NCBI GenBank assembly: GCA_900617105.1 | Contig: UYFQ01000001.1 | Coordinates: 2,170,001-2,234,000, forward strand | Length of the DNA stretch: 64,000 nt | Source of the DNA: Hydrurus foetidus | Taxonomy: Eukaryota | Direction of reading: 5' to 3' | In this document: positions 1 to 10,019 of the stretch, in pieces | How the letters are laid out: each line of letters starts with the position of its first letter | Numbering within the stretch: the first letter of the stretch is position 1 | Translations under genes and position numbers: made by a program | The notes under the pieces: model-generated | What the model saw: only the letters and a program-made list of their open reading frames with translations | The model's database searches: none | What the model was told of the DNA's origin: nothing

Positions 1-1014
1 CAAAAGCTCGCTGGCAGAAGCGGTACTGGGCGACGTGATAAAAAAAACCTGCTTCAAACCTTCCAGCGGCGCGGCTGGGAGCGAGTCCAAACTAGCCGTG
101 AATGGGTAGTCAAAATTGCGATCGGCGTTTTGAACGTTAAAGCGCACCTTCGCGAAAACGTTGCCGTCAAGACTTGAACCGCCGATCAGGCTGGCCAGCG
201 CACGCGCGACCTGAACACTACCGCCGCCGTTGTAGCGCAAATCAACCACCAACTCCGTTACGCCGCCTTCGCGAAAGCGGTTGAAAACTGCACCCAGCGC
301 CGCAAGGCTGGAAGGGGTGAACTCCTGGTACGCAAGATAACCAATTTTTACGTTATTTGCGCCGGTAAAGATTTTGTCGACGGCCACCGATGCCAAAGGG
401 AAATTGCGAGACACCATGGTGATCTGACGTGACGCACCCAGGGCGTCAGAGACGGTAAAAGTGCGCGTTACGCCGCTTGAATTCACGCTGGGAAGCTCGC
501 CTTTGGCAATATTTGCGAGGCTTAACCCATTGATCGAAAGCACCGTATCGCCACGCTTGAGTCCTGCCGCCGCAGCGGGCCCAGCGGCCTCAACCGCGCG
601 GATGCGCAACTCAGTCAAACTCGGATCGGTAAAGCCCATCGAATAACCAAATCCGGTTCTTGTGCCTTCAGCAAAAAACTGCGTGAACTGCGCTACGTCC
701 TGCGTAAAACTGTAGCGGTCAATGGGTACGAACAAAAGGGAGTTGAAATAGGTGCTCAAGCTGGTAGCGGCCGCATTCGGCACCGCAAGGTTTGCACTCC
801 AGAAATACTTATCGGCCATGTAGTCGTTCATCCAAGCACGCTGGTCGGGCACGGAGCAACTCAGCGGCTGGCCAGGGTAGCCCGACGCGGAGATTGCCGG
901 TAGATTGGTCGCTGGCCTTAGATTGCTGGCAGCACCACTACCACCGCCTCCGCCTCCGCAAGCGGCGAAGAGGGTACAAAAAGCCAAAGCAACAACAAAA
1001 AACAATCTTTGCAT
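1..1014 (-). CDS. S41-family (tail-specific) peptidase lipoprotein with PDZ domain; 3' end runs off window
   Basis: Manual translation from ATG 1014: MQRLFF...FAACGGGGG lipobox, PDZ-like GFGYS...AAAAGLKRGD, S41 motifs DLRYNGGG and TASASE; absent from ORF track because no stop in window. Confidence 0.85.
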   Translation of the reverse strand, partial: MQRLFFVVALAFCTLFAACGGGGGGSGAASNLRPATNLPAISASGYPGQPLSCSVPDQRAWMNDYMADKYFWSANLAVPNAAATSLSTYFNSLLFVPIDRYSFTQDVAQFTQFFAEGTRTGFGYSMGFTDPSLTELRIRAVEAAGPAAAAGLKRGDTVLSINGLSLANIAKGELPSVNSSGVTRTFTVSDALGASRQITMVSRNFPLASVAVDKIFTGANNVKIGYLAYQEFTPSSLAALGAVFNRFREGGVTELVVDLRYNGGGSVQVARALASLIGGSSLDGNVFAKVRFNVQNADRNFDYPFTASLDSLPAAPLEGLKQVFFITSPSTASASELL

Positions 1015-1015
1015 T

Positions 1016-1870
1016 TCAAGTTCCTTTAATCATTTTTAGTGCATATTGATGCAAGAGGTGTGACGGTTGTATCAGGGCATCGAGCACGCTGAAGTGATTC
1101 AACCCCGGCAGCGCCTCGCTTACTGGAACCGTTTGTCTGCCCCAAGCATCTTGAATCAACTGGTTGTGGCGCAAGAACTCGGCACTTTCACCGCCACCTG
1201 CCACGCTGTACAAAATGCCACTGCTAGGTGCAGGCAACAGTGCGGGGCTGGCTTTGCGTACCTGCGCTGGCGTCAGCTTGAGTGAGTCCTTCACATTAGG
1301 TGCATGGCGCAAGGGCTCCAGGTCATACAGGCCTGAAATTGACAGCGCGTTTTTGACCAAATCGCTTGGCAAATCGGCAGCGTATGCCTTCCAAACACAG
1401 GCCAGCATCATGGCTGCCAAATGCCCGCCCGCTGAGTGACCCACCACCGTGATGCGATTAGGGTCACCGCCGTGCTGAGCGATGTTGCGGTAAACCCAGC
1501 TGAGCGCGCGCACCATTTGCATGGTGATTTCAGGAATCGTGACTGCGGGGCACAAATCGTAGTTGGGCACCACTACGCACGCGCCTTGCGCCGTGAAGGC
1601 GGGCGCGATGAATGAATGATCGGCCTTGTCGAGCGAGCGCCAGTAACCGCCGTGAATGAACAAGACCACGGGTGCATTTTTGGCAGCTGCCGGAAATACG
1701 TCGAGCTTTTGCCCAGCGGACTTTCCATAGCTGACGTCTAGCGTGCAAGGCTGACTGCTTCGAGCAGCTTGTGAGGTTTGCAGCCAGCGCTCAAAGTACT
1801 GGGCATAACCGGGCACCAATGCGCGGTTGTTGTACATGCTGTCTAGCCATGCAGGGTCGTAAGTTGGCAT
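1016..1870 (-). CDS. alpha/beta hydrolase, arylformamidase (kynurenine formamidase)-like
   Basis: HGGYW oxyanion motif, GHSAGG nucleophile elbow, NHF catalytic His; start set at ATG 1870 (MPTYDP). Confidence 0.85.
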   Translation of the reverse strand: MPTYDPAWLDSMYNNRALVPGYAQYFERWLQTSQAARSSQPCTLDVSYGKSAGQKLDVFPAAAKNAPVVLFIHGGYWRSLDKADHSFIAPAFTAQGACVVVPNYDLCPAVTIPEITMQMVRALSWVYRNIAQHGGDPNRITVVGHSAGGHLAAMMLACVWKAYAADLPSDLVKNALSISGLYDLEPLRHAPNVKDSLKLTPAQVRKASPALLPAPSSGILYSVAGGGESAEFLRHNQLIQDAWGRQTVPVSEALPGLNHFSVLDALIQPSHLLHQYALKMIKGT

Positions 1871-1981
1871 TGTGGTGAGTCCTTGAAAAGCGGTTGCGCA
1901 GCCGCTATCTTTGCACAGCGGCAAACAGCGTTGTTGACGATTCGGCCGAATACTCAGGCAAACCCGTCGGGCATGTGCTTT

Positions 1982-2368
1982 TTAAAGTGCGTTTGTCAGC
2001 TCGGGGTATAGAGCCTTGCCAATACGGCAGGCTTGCCCAGACCAGTCTGCTTGGCACTCAGTCGCCAGCTCTTGGCACATGGTGTCGCCTGCGGCTCGCA
2101 GCCGGGCAAATACTTGCGCATCTACTTCGCCAATGCCGGCGATAAACAAGCGCCCTTGGGTTGCATTGGGCGCGCTGCCCTTCATGACGCCGCACACATC
2201 CCGAAGCATCGCTAATTGGCAACGCTGCGTGAGCGAGGTTATTAACTCCGCCGCTGGCGGTTGGGGAGTTTGCGAGCGATATTGCCAAATACTGGCCGCC
2301 GCTGCACCGGCTTCCACTACGCACACCCCAACAGCAGTAAGCTGCCAGCGTGTGAGACGCACAGCCAT
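1982..2368 (-). CDS. hypothetical exported protein with 5 Cys in the mature region
   Basis: N-terminal hydrophobic segment; start overlaps stop of upstream G8 gene (TAATG). Confidence 0.6.
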   Translation of the reverse strand: MAVRLTRWQLTAVGVCVVEAGAAAASIWQYRSQTPQPPAAELITSLTQRCQLAMLRDVCGVMKGSAPNATQGRLFIAGIGEVDAQVFARLRAAGDTMCQELATECQADWSGQACRIGKALYPELTNAL

Positions 2369-5307
2369 TATTCGATTCTCAGCGCCATGACGCGATAAAG
2401 ATCAGCATCTGAGTTGGCCTCAACCCCTGCCCAGAAGTTACCTGTGTAGGGCGTGACTTTTACCCAGACCATGTTGTTGGCTTTATCTTGCCAAAATTTA
2501 GTGCCGTCGCCACCAGCAACGTCCGCGCGGCTGGTCACAGATGTCATCACCCGGGTAAATCTAACGTCAAACCCGCCGTTGTCACCCGGTGACAAGTGAA
2601 CCTTGCTCGGGGTAACTGAACCGTCGTACTGCACGCCCAGCACAAAGCTGTCACCAGTAGCCATCATGTTTTCAACCACCATGTTGACCCATTTAGGGGA
2701 AACCTTAGTTGTGGCGTTTTTGGGGTAGTCCGGAAAGCGCAGCGTGTAGGTACCACCTTTGAACGCCACAAAATGGCGCATAAGGCCCAAGAAATTACTG
2801 ACGTAACCGTCTTCAATTCGCCATGTGCCGACCACGCTGTCATTGGCCGCCAGGCGGTCTACCTGCATGGTTTCTAAAAATGAATATTGATCAGTGAACT
2901 GATTGTCTCGCCCGAGTCGAAAATTATTGATGCCGTAATAGGGGCCTGGGCAAGACCGTCCATTGGCAACGTTGATCGGCGCTTTTGATTTAATCGGGGT
3001 GCAGTCGGGCGCTGTAAGGAAAGGCGAATCCAGAACCCAATACTTGCCGGGAGCATCCCAATACCCATTCGGGTCCCAAATTGCACCCGCCAGAGTCCAG
3101 TTGTTTTTACTCTCAGCTTTGTAGCCCGCCTGCAGGTGCGGTGGCTTAGCTCGGTAGCCTGGGTCTGCATTTATTAGCCTGTTGCCCATGTTGCGCTCGG
3201 AGCCTTTTTCAACGGGGCGGATGTAATAGTCGTCTGTACCGAACACGCCTGAAGAGTAGTCCCGGTCGCCCGTGTTAACCAAGCTGCCGACATTCTTGAA
3301 ATTCATGAACACGTTTTGCGTAATGTCCATTTGGGAATGGTACGAAGCCACTGCCAACTGAGGCTCTGCCGTTGAAGGATAGAGTTGCGCATTATTCAAG
3401 CTTGTGCCGATGACCAGCGAATGCTTGAGCGTGCTGCCGTATTGCACTGCACCGTTGAACGCTCGTCCCAAGTTGTCAGCTGATACCCATTGTTCATAGC
3501 TAGGCTTGATAACACGATTAAGGTAGCCACCATTGTTTTTGGTGCTGGTGATGCTTTTCAGCACGGGGACAATACCGTTGTTGCCGTTGTAAGTTTTGCC
3601 ATCGACTGTGGGGGAGTAGTTCAAAAGCTCAAGATTGCCAGCATCGTCCGTCATCGCGCATTCAAGCATCAAGCCCACATTGCCGTTTGAATGCGAAGCG
3701 TTGAACTCAAACGGGCCGTGGCCCATGTTTTGCGGGCTAATTGGCACGTTTTTGCCTTGCTTCACCGGCTTGGTCGGATACGACAGCCAAAAGCCATTGC
3801 CTTGCGCGTCCGCGGCCACGTTGTTGCGAACCGTATTGTTGGGGTTGGTGAGCCAATAAGCGGTTGCAGCACCGCAAAAATTGGTATTGCCTGATTTTTC
3901 ATGCGCCGTGGTCGACAGTGAATCAACCGGTGAGCGAACTTTCAGCACCAAGTTGCCTTCGATCACATTGCGCTGCTCAACAGCGTCTTCCAAAAAGATC
4001 GCATGCCCTTTGATGTTGTAGCAAATGTTGTTTTGCAAGGTAACGCCATTGGTACCGTGAATCACCATGCAGCGGTGCTTGGAGTCTGCCACTGTGCTGT
4101 TGCGCACAAAGTGGTTCACTGCGTCTCCTAACGACGCGGTTCCGTTGGCGGCGTAAGAAAGCAAATGCCAGTGAATGGGGTAACGCCCCACGATGCCTTG
4201 CTGGCCCATGCGACGCAACTCGACGCCGTCCATTTGCAACGACGAGGCACGGTCCATCACCATCACCTGTGCGCCAAAGCCAGAGTTTTTCCAGGCGCCG
4301 TCGTCAGGGGCTTGAATAACAATATTTCGGGTGAGATTGCCCACCTCGGCACGCTCGTCAAGCGTGTCAGGCACAGCGGCGTTCGGTTTGGTAAACGTGC
4401 CGCGGCTCAGGCTCATGCCGCTGTCAGTCGCATACTGCAAAAATCCCCAGCGAAATGCGTTTACACCTGTGGTGGTGTTGATTTGCGCACCGGAAACGCT
4501 GGCGACACCAAGTTTTTGAGTGGCTGTTGAGGCGTCGTGTACGTCCTGCGTAACCCAAGGCGTGCCATACCATTCTGTAGGCGCCAAAACAATTTGATCG
4601 CCCGCCTTCCAATCTACTGCTTTCGCTAAAGTGAGTGCAGTGCTGCCAGCGTTGGCGTGCGCATTAAGCTTGGTCCATGGCACGGCAGGTGACTTGCCAA
4701 ACAATTCGAGCTTGCCGCCGCTGTCTACCAAAATGCCGCGCGTACCCATGCCGGTAGCGGATGCGGCAATGTCGGTTGAGCGCAAGGTGATCGTTGCCAA
4801 GCCCGTGAAAGGCGCACTTGCAGTTCCAGCCCTAAGCGCGCCGCCGCGCTGCACGCGAATCACATCGGCGCTTAACTCGGCCGCAATAGCGGGCTTGAAA
4901 AGCAGTTCGCCTTCGATGGTTAACTCGCCCAGTGCGGGGGTGTTTTCATCAATCACCACTTGTTTGCCTGCAGGAATAAACACAGACGCGCCAGCACCGG
5001 GTTTGGTGCCGCCCCAAGTGGCAGGGTCTGACCAGAGCGCGCCGGTTGACAGGACAGGGGGCACCACCACCACCGGCCCAGCTACTGGACCAGCTATCGG
5101 ATCAACAACAGGACTGACGACAGGGCCAGCAATAGGAGGATTGCTTGTGCCAACTACTGGCGGCTCGCCTCCTACATTGCTTCCACTGCTTGCGCCTCCC
5201 CCAGTCGCAGCCCCACCTCCGCCGCCGCAGCCAGATAAGAATGTGGCGCACAACAATGTGCAAAGCAGCAATTGGAAAAAAACATTCTGGCTGCAGGTTC
5301 GCTGCAT
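2368..5307 (-). CDS. G8-domain / right-handed beta-helix lipoprotein (TMEM2/CEMIP-like)
   Basis: LSGCGGGGG lipobox, Pro/Val linker, G8 start WSDPATW, GRYPIHWH, HGTN..HAIFLEDAVE parallel beta-helix repeats. Confidence 0.8.
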   Translation of the reverse strand: MQRTCSQNVFFQLLLCTLLCATFLSGCGGGGGAATGGGASSGSNVGGEPPVVGTSNPPIAGPVVSPVVDPIAGPVAGPVVVVPPVLSTGALWSDPATWGGTKPGAGASVFIPAGKQVVIDENTPALGELTIEGELLFKPAIAAELSADVIRVQRGGALRAGTASAPFTGLATITLRSTDIAASATGMGTRGILVDSGGKLELFGKSPAVPWTKLNAHANAGSTALTLAKAVDWKAGDQIVLAPTEWYGTPWVTQDVHDASTATQKLGVASVSGAQINTTTGVNAFRWGFLQYATDSGMSLSRGTFTKPNAAVPDTLDERAEVGNLTRNIVIQAPDDGAWKNSGFGAQVMVMDRASSLQMDGVELRRMGQQGIVGRYPIHWHLLSYAANGTASLGDAVNHFVRNSTVADSKHRCMVIHGTNGVTLQNNICYNIKGHAIFLEDAVEQRNVIEGNLVLKVRSPVDSLSTTAHEKSGNTNFCGAATAYWLTNPNNTVRNNVAADAQGNGFWLSYPTKPVKQGKNVPISPQNMGHGPFEFNASHSNGNVGLMLECAMTDDAGNLELLNYSPTVDGKTYNGNNGIVPVLKSITSTKNNGGYLNRVIKPSYEQWVSADNLGRAFNGAVQYGSTLKHSLVIGTSLNNAQLYPSTAEPQLAVASYHSQMDITQNVFMNFKNVGSLVNTGDRDYSSGVFGTDDYYIRPVEKGSERNMGNRLINADPGYRAKPPHLQAGYKAESKNNWTLAGAIWDPNGYWDAPGKYWVLDSPFLTAPDCTPIKSKAPINVANGRSCPGPYYGINNFRLGRDNQFTDQYSFLETMQVDRLAANDSVVGTWRIEDGYVSNFLGLMRHFVAFKGGTYTLRFPDYPKNATTKVSPKWVNMVVENMMATGDSFVLGVQYDGSVTPSKVHLSPGDNGGFDVRFTRVMTSVTSRADVAGGDGTKFWQDKANNMVWVKVTPYTGNFWAGVEANSDADLYRVMALRIE

Positions 5308-5373
5308 ATCGAAATTCCTAACTTCATTTAACTTTACATTCGAAGCGAGAGGTTAACCGCGGACCTTGACCGT

Positions 5374-5395
5374 GTTACAAGGATTTCGTTGTAAC
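5374..5395. promoter_or_regulatory. perfect inverted repeat GTTACAA-N8-TTGTAAC, candidate operator between divergent genes
   Basis: Read directly; AT-rich intergenic region. Confidence 0.35.
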
Positions 5396-5540
5396 TATGT
5401 AACAAATAGAGTTTCCGTTGTTTCAGAGACATAAACATGTCACTAATTGTGTTGGCCAGACACTTACCATCAACGTCCTAACGCTGACGTGCTGATAAAT
5501 TTGCCCGTCAACGCCGACGCATTGGTCGTATATTTTCAAA

Positions 5541-6887
5541 ATGAACCTTTACTCAAAACTTCAACAAAGGGGTGCTGATCGCCAGCCCATTCGAGTCGGC
5601 CTGATTGGCGCCGGCAAATTTGGCAGCATGTACTTAGCGCAAATCCCCAAAACACCAGGGGTGCATTTGGTGGCCATTGCTGACCTTTCGCCCGACGCTG
5701 CTCGCAAAAACCTTGCCAACGTGGGATGGAATCCGCTGCTAACCCAAGCGGAATCGGCGCAGGCAGCTATTCATTCGGAATCAACTTGGGTTACCGATGA
5801 TTGGCGCGCTGTGGTCACCCACCCGCAAATCGACATTATTGTGGAATGAACGGGCAACCCAGTTGCAGCGGTTGAACATTGCCTGGCTGCTTTTGCACAC
5901 GGCAAGCATGTGGTGAAGGTGACTGTCGAGGCCGATGCGTTTTGCGGCCCGCTGCTGGCGCGTAAAGCAGCTGATGCAGGCGTTGTTTATTCACTGGCTT
6001 TTGGCGACCAGCCTGCACTCATTTGCGACCTGGTGGACTGGGCGTGCACCTGCGGCTTCCCGGTTGTGGCTGCGGATCGTGGCCACAAATGGTTGCCGTA
6101 TTTTTCTGAGAGCACACCAGACACGGTGTGGGCCAATTACGGCTTGACGCCCGAACAAGCCGCGCGCGGCGGGCTAAACCCCAAAATGTTCAACAGTTTT
6201 TTAGACGGCTCAAAGCCGTCGATTGAATCTGCAGCTGTCGCCAACGCCACAGGCTTGACAGTTCCCAGCAACGGTTTGCTTTATCCACCTGCCAGTGTTG
6301 AAGACATTCCGTTTGTGACGCGGCCTATTAGCGAAGGTGGCGTGCTGGAGCGCAAGGGTATGGTCGAAGTGATCTCTTCACTTGAAGCCAATGGCCGAAA
6401 AATTCCGTACGACATTCGCATGGGTGCGTGGGTCACGATTAAGGCAGAAACCGACTACATCAAAAACTGCTTTGAAGAATACAACGCTCACACCGACCCA
6501 AGCGGGCGTTACTTCACGCTGTACAAGCGCTGGCATTTGATTGGGCTTGAGGTCGGTGTGTCGGTTGCGAGTGTTGCACTGCGCGGTGAGCCGACCGGCG
6601 TGGCTACTTGCTGGAATGCCGACGTGGTGGCCACCGCCAAGCGCGACCTTCAACCGGGCGACACGCTGGACGGTGAAGGCGGCTACACGGTGTGGGGCAA
6701 ACTTCTACCTGCCTACACGTCGGTGCGTATGGGCGGATTACCTTTGGGTTTAGCGCACAACATGAAGGTGGTGCGCCCAGTCAAAAAGGGGCAAAGCCTG
6801 AGCTGGGCCGATGTGTCGATGGACACGTCGCTTGATGCGTACAAGTTGCGGCGCGAGATGGAATCGATGTTTACGCCGTCAGCTTGA
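5541..6887 (+). pseudogene. NAD(P)-dependent oxidoreductase (homoserine-dehydrogenase-like) with C-terminal SAF domain, interrupted by in-frame TGA at 5847-5849
   Basis: GAGKFG Rossmann motif; ORFs 5541..5849 and 5910..6887 share a frame and read IIVE*TGNP; SAF motif VVATAKRDLQPGD. Confidence 0.8.
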
Positions 6888-6897
6888 GGCCGAAAAT

Positions 6898-6939
6898 AAA
6901 AAAAGCCGCTGCACACCATTGGATGTGCAGCGGCTTTTT
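6898..6939. terminator. bidirectional rho-independent terminator
   Basis: AAAAAGCCGCTGCACA...TGTGCAGCGGCTTTTT between convergent genes. Confidence 0.85.
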
Positions 6940-6997
6940 GTCAGGTGGCAGAAAAGGTAAAAAAGGCGCAAAGGCCTGTTCAGCCAGCTACCCCTGA

Positions 6998-8971
6998 TCA
7001 GTCACGCGTCGCAGCTTTTGAAAACTTGGCAGCTTTTTTGGCGGCATCGCGCGGTACAAACACCTTGCCTGCTGGCTTGGCGAATGCTGGTTTTGCAAAA
7101 GCTGGCTTTGGTGCAAAGCCATCGTTACGGGGTGCAAATGAGTCACCGCGTGGGGCGAATGAACGCTCTTGGCGCGGTGCAAAGTTGCGGTCTTCACGCG
7201 GTGCAAAGCTGCGTTCTTGCGGCGCAAAATTGCCGCCATTGCTACCATGGTCGTCGCTGCGGCGCGGGCCGCGGTCATTGAAGCCGCTGCGGTCAGCGTA
7301 GCCACCTTGCGGTGCAGGACGGCCCTGGAAGTTACCGCCACGGTCGCCGCCGAAATTACCACGATCACCACCGAAGTTACCGCGATCACCGCCGAAATTA
7401 CGTTCACTACCACCGGCATTAAAACCGCCGCCAGCAGGCTTGCGTCCAGCGTAGCCGCCCCCACCCGAGTTACCGCCAAAGTTGCCACGTGGGCCGCCAC
7501 GATCGTCACGGCCACCAAAGTTGCCGCGTGGGCGGTCAGACGTCGGTGCAAAGCGCTGCTGTGGCTCCAGGCCAGCAATCACGCTGGCTTTGAGGTTTTG
7601 CTGCGAGTAGTGCTCAATGTCCTGAATCTTGCGGCGGTCACGAAACTCTGCGATCGTAATGGCATTGCCTTCGCGGCCGGCACGGCCCGTGCGGCCAATG
7701 CGGTGAACGTAGTCTTCAGCCTTCATGGGCAGGCCGTAGTTGATCACGTGGGTAATCGTCGGCACATCCAGGCCACGGGCGGCCACATCAGTGGCGACCA
7801 ATACCTGTACACGCCCATCGCGGAAAGCCATCAAACGGCGATTGCGCAGGCCTTGGCCCAGCGCGCCGTGCAGCGCAACAGCGCTGAAACCGTCTTGCAC
7901 CAAATCATTGGCCAGGCCGTCGCACTCAACCTGCGTGCAGGCAAACACAATCGCTTGGTTGATGGTGGTGTCGCGCAGCAAGTGGTCGAGCAGCTTGCGC
8001 TTGTGCGACATGTTGTCAGCCCAGTGCAGTGACTGGGTGATCGACGCGTGCTTTTCGTGCGGCGAGTCAATCTCAACGCGCTGCGGCTGGCGCATCACGC
8101 GCGTGGCCAATTGCATGATGCGCGGCGCAAACGTGGCACTGAACATCATGGTTTGCTTGCGCTCAATCGTCAGCTGGTTGACTTCGGTCAAGTCATCGGC
8201 AAAGCCGAGGTCCAGCATGCGGTCAGCCTCGTCAACCACCAGGAATTGCACCTGGTCGAGTTTGATTTGCATGCTGCGCTGCAAGTCCAGCAAACGGCCT
8301 GGCGTAGCAACCACCAAATTGGCGTTTTGCAGTTTGGCAATTTGCAACTGGTAAGGAATACCGCCCACCACGTTGGCAATGCGCAGGCCGCGGCAATGGC
8401 GCACCAAGTCAATCGCATCAGCGCAAACCTGTTGGGCCAGCTCGCGGGTAGGGCACAAAATCAGCGCGCCAGGGGTAGCGGCTTTGAAGTTGCGCATGTT
8501 GGTCGGGTCTTTGCGCTTCGGCTTTTTGGCGGGGGCCTCGCCGCGAGCGACAGCCTCGGCAGACAAGCGCTCAAACTCAGCGCGCTCAAAGCGCTCAGCT
8601 TCCTCTTGTTGCTTCAAGAGGGTGTGCAAAACGGGCAACAAAAAAGCAGCGGTTTTGCCACTACCGGTCTGGCTTGACACCAGCAGGTCGGTGAACTTTG
8701 CTTTTTTGTCTGCCTTGACTTCACTGTTTGCATCGTCCAACGCCTGCATGGCTTTTGGGATGGTTGCCATTTGCACGGCTGTAGGCTGGGTAAAGCCCAT
8801 GTCTGCCACGGCTTGCAGCAGCTCTTTAGCCAAGCCCAGTTTTACAAAGCCGTTTGGCTCAGCAACGATGGCGTCCAAAGATGTTTCTAAAACATCAGCC
8901 GCGCTCGGGTTTTCAATGTCAAAGCTCGGCTCAACAAACGCCTCGTCACGAGTCTCAAAAGAATCAGTCAT
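6998..8971 (-). CDS. DEAD-box RNA helicase with Gly/Arg-rich repetitive C-terminal tail
   Basis: SQTGSGKT, PTRELA, DEAD, SAT, HRIGRTGR motifs; GGDRGNF and FAPR repeats in tail; start at ATG 8971. Confidence 0.95.
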   Translation of the reverse strand: MTDSFETRDEAFVEPSFDIENPSAADVLETSLDAIVAEPNGFVKLGLAKELLQAVADMGFTQPTAVQMATIPKAMQALDDANSEVKADKKAKFTDLLVSSQTGSGKTAAFLLPVLHTLLKQQEEAERFERAEFERLSAEAVARGEAPAKKPKRKDPTNMRNFKAATPGALILCPTRELAQQVCADAIDLVRHCRGLRIANVVGGIPYQLQIAKLQNANLVVATPGRLLDLQRSMQIKLDQVQFLVVDEADRMLDLGFADDLTEVNQLTIERKQTMMFSATFAPRIMQLATRVMRQPQRVEIDSPHEKHASITQSLHWADNMSHKRKLLDHLLRDTTINQAIVFACTQVECDGLANDLVQDGFSAVALHGALGQGLRNRRLMAFRDGRVQVLVATDVAARGLDVPTITHVINYGLPMKAEDYVHRIGRTGRAGREGNAITIAEFRDRRKIQDIEHYSQQNLKASVIAGLEPQQRFAPTSDRPRGNFGGRDDRGGPRGNFGGNSGGGGYAGRKPAGGGFNAGGSERNFGGDRGNFGGDRGNFGGDRGGNFQGRPAPQGGYADRSGFNDRGPRRSDDHGSNGGNFAPQERSFAPREDRNFAPRQERSFAPRGDSFAPRNDGFAPKPAFAKPAFAKPAGKVFVPRDAAKKAAKFSKAATRD

Positions 8972-9307
8972 GTTTTTTCTCAACTTTCGCCCGCGCCGCC
9001 GCCAATTTGTAAAAGCGTGACGCAGAAAAACTTGCACGACCGGCTGTTGCAGATCGCTTCGTTCATAGTTAATAAAACATCAACCATCAAACGAATATAC
9101 GAATCAGGTCAAGGAATTTGCCTGAAGCGGTGACTCAATCTAAAGAGTCAACAAGTGTGAGGTAGATGTACAAATGGATTGCACCCTGTGCTAACCCAAG
9201 CCTGACAGTTTAGCACAAGTCGCGGGTTTCTACTTGGTAGCGTGTCGACGGATAGCGATGACGGCGCTGGTTAATAAAGTCAATCTGACGCAAACCAGAA
9301 CGTGAAA

Positions 9308-9350
9308 TGCTATGCATTTAAGAGCTTCTCGCGCCCGTATTTATTGGATA
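9308..9350 (-). repeat. two-hairpin dispersed repeat, copy 1 (intergenic)
   Basis: Minus strand reads TCCAATAAATACGGGCGCGAGAAGCTCTTAAATGCATAGCA. Confidence 0.9.
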
Positions 9351-9420
9351 AAAACCCGAAAGAAGGCCAAAAATAAGCTCCAAAACGCATGATTTAATGT
9401 GCCTGCAGCACCGAGCGGCT

Positions 9421-9984
9421 TCACTTCAAAAAATGCTCCCGGTAGTGCTCCAACTCATCAATCGACTCGTGCACATCAGCCAGTGCAGTGTGTTTTTGCT
9501 GCTTTTTGAAAGCGTTGTACACGTCAGGGCGCCAGCGTTTGGCTAACTCTTTGAAGGTGCTGACGTCAATGTTGCGGTAGTGCAGGTACGCCTCCAGCTT
9601 GGGCAAGTACTTGACCAGAAAACGTCTGTCTTGGCTGATCGTGTTGCCGCAAAGCGGGGACACGCCTTTGGGCACGTATTGGCCAATGAAGGCAAGTATT
9701 TGGGCTTCAGCATCAGCGTCGGTGATGGTTGAGGCTTTTACCTTTTCAATCAGGCCGCTTTTGCCGTGAGTGCCTTTATTCCACTTGTCCATCTGGTCCA
9801 GAATTTCGTCCGACTGATGAATTGCAAGCACAGGGCCTTCAATGCGCGGGGTGAGGTGTGGGCCGGTGACGATGATGGCAATCTCGATCAGGCGCTCTTT
9901 TTCGGGGTCTAACCCTGTCATTTCACAGTCAAGCCACACCAGATTTTGGTCAGATTTTTTGAGTTGGGTTTCAAGTTCGGTCAT
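9421..9984 (-). CDS. orn: oligoribonuclease
   Basis: [22 protein letters not shown]h motifs. Confidence 0.97.
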   Translation of the reverse strand: MTELETQLKKSDQNLVWLDCEMTGLDPEKERLIEIAIIVTGPHLTPRIEGPVLAIHQSDEILDQMDKWNKGTHGKSGLIEKVKASTITDADAEAQILAFIGQYVPKGVSPLCGNTISQDRRFLVKYLPKLEAYLHYRNIDVSTFKELAKRWRPDVYNAFKKQQKHTALADVHESIDELEHYREHFLK

Positions 9985-10019
9985 CTTGTGATTCTCGCTG
10001 ATAGCCTAAACTTCTACCA

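Noticed and set aside
5847..5890. Selenocysteine recoding of the in-frame TGA
   Set aside because: Only a weak downstream hairpin with no convincing SECIS, and other substitutions suggest decay; kept as a pseudogene.
6945..9020. Multiple long alternative-frame ORFs over the helicase
   Set aside because: Shadows produced by GC-rich codon bias and the low-complexity tail.
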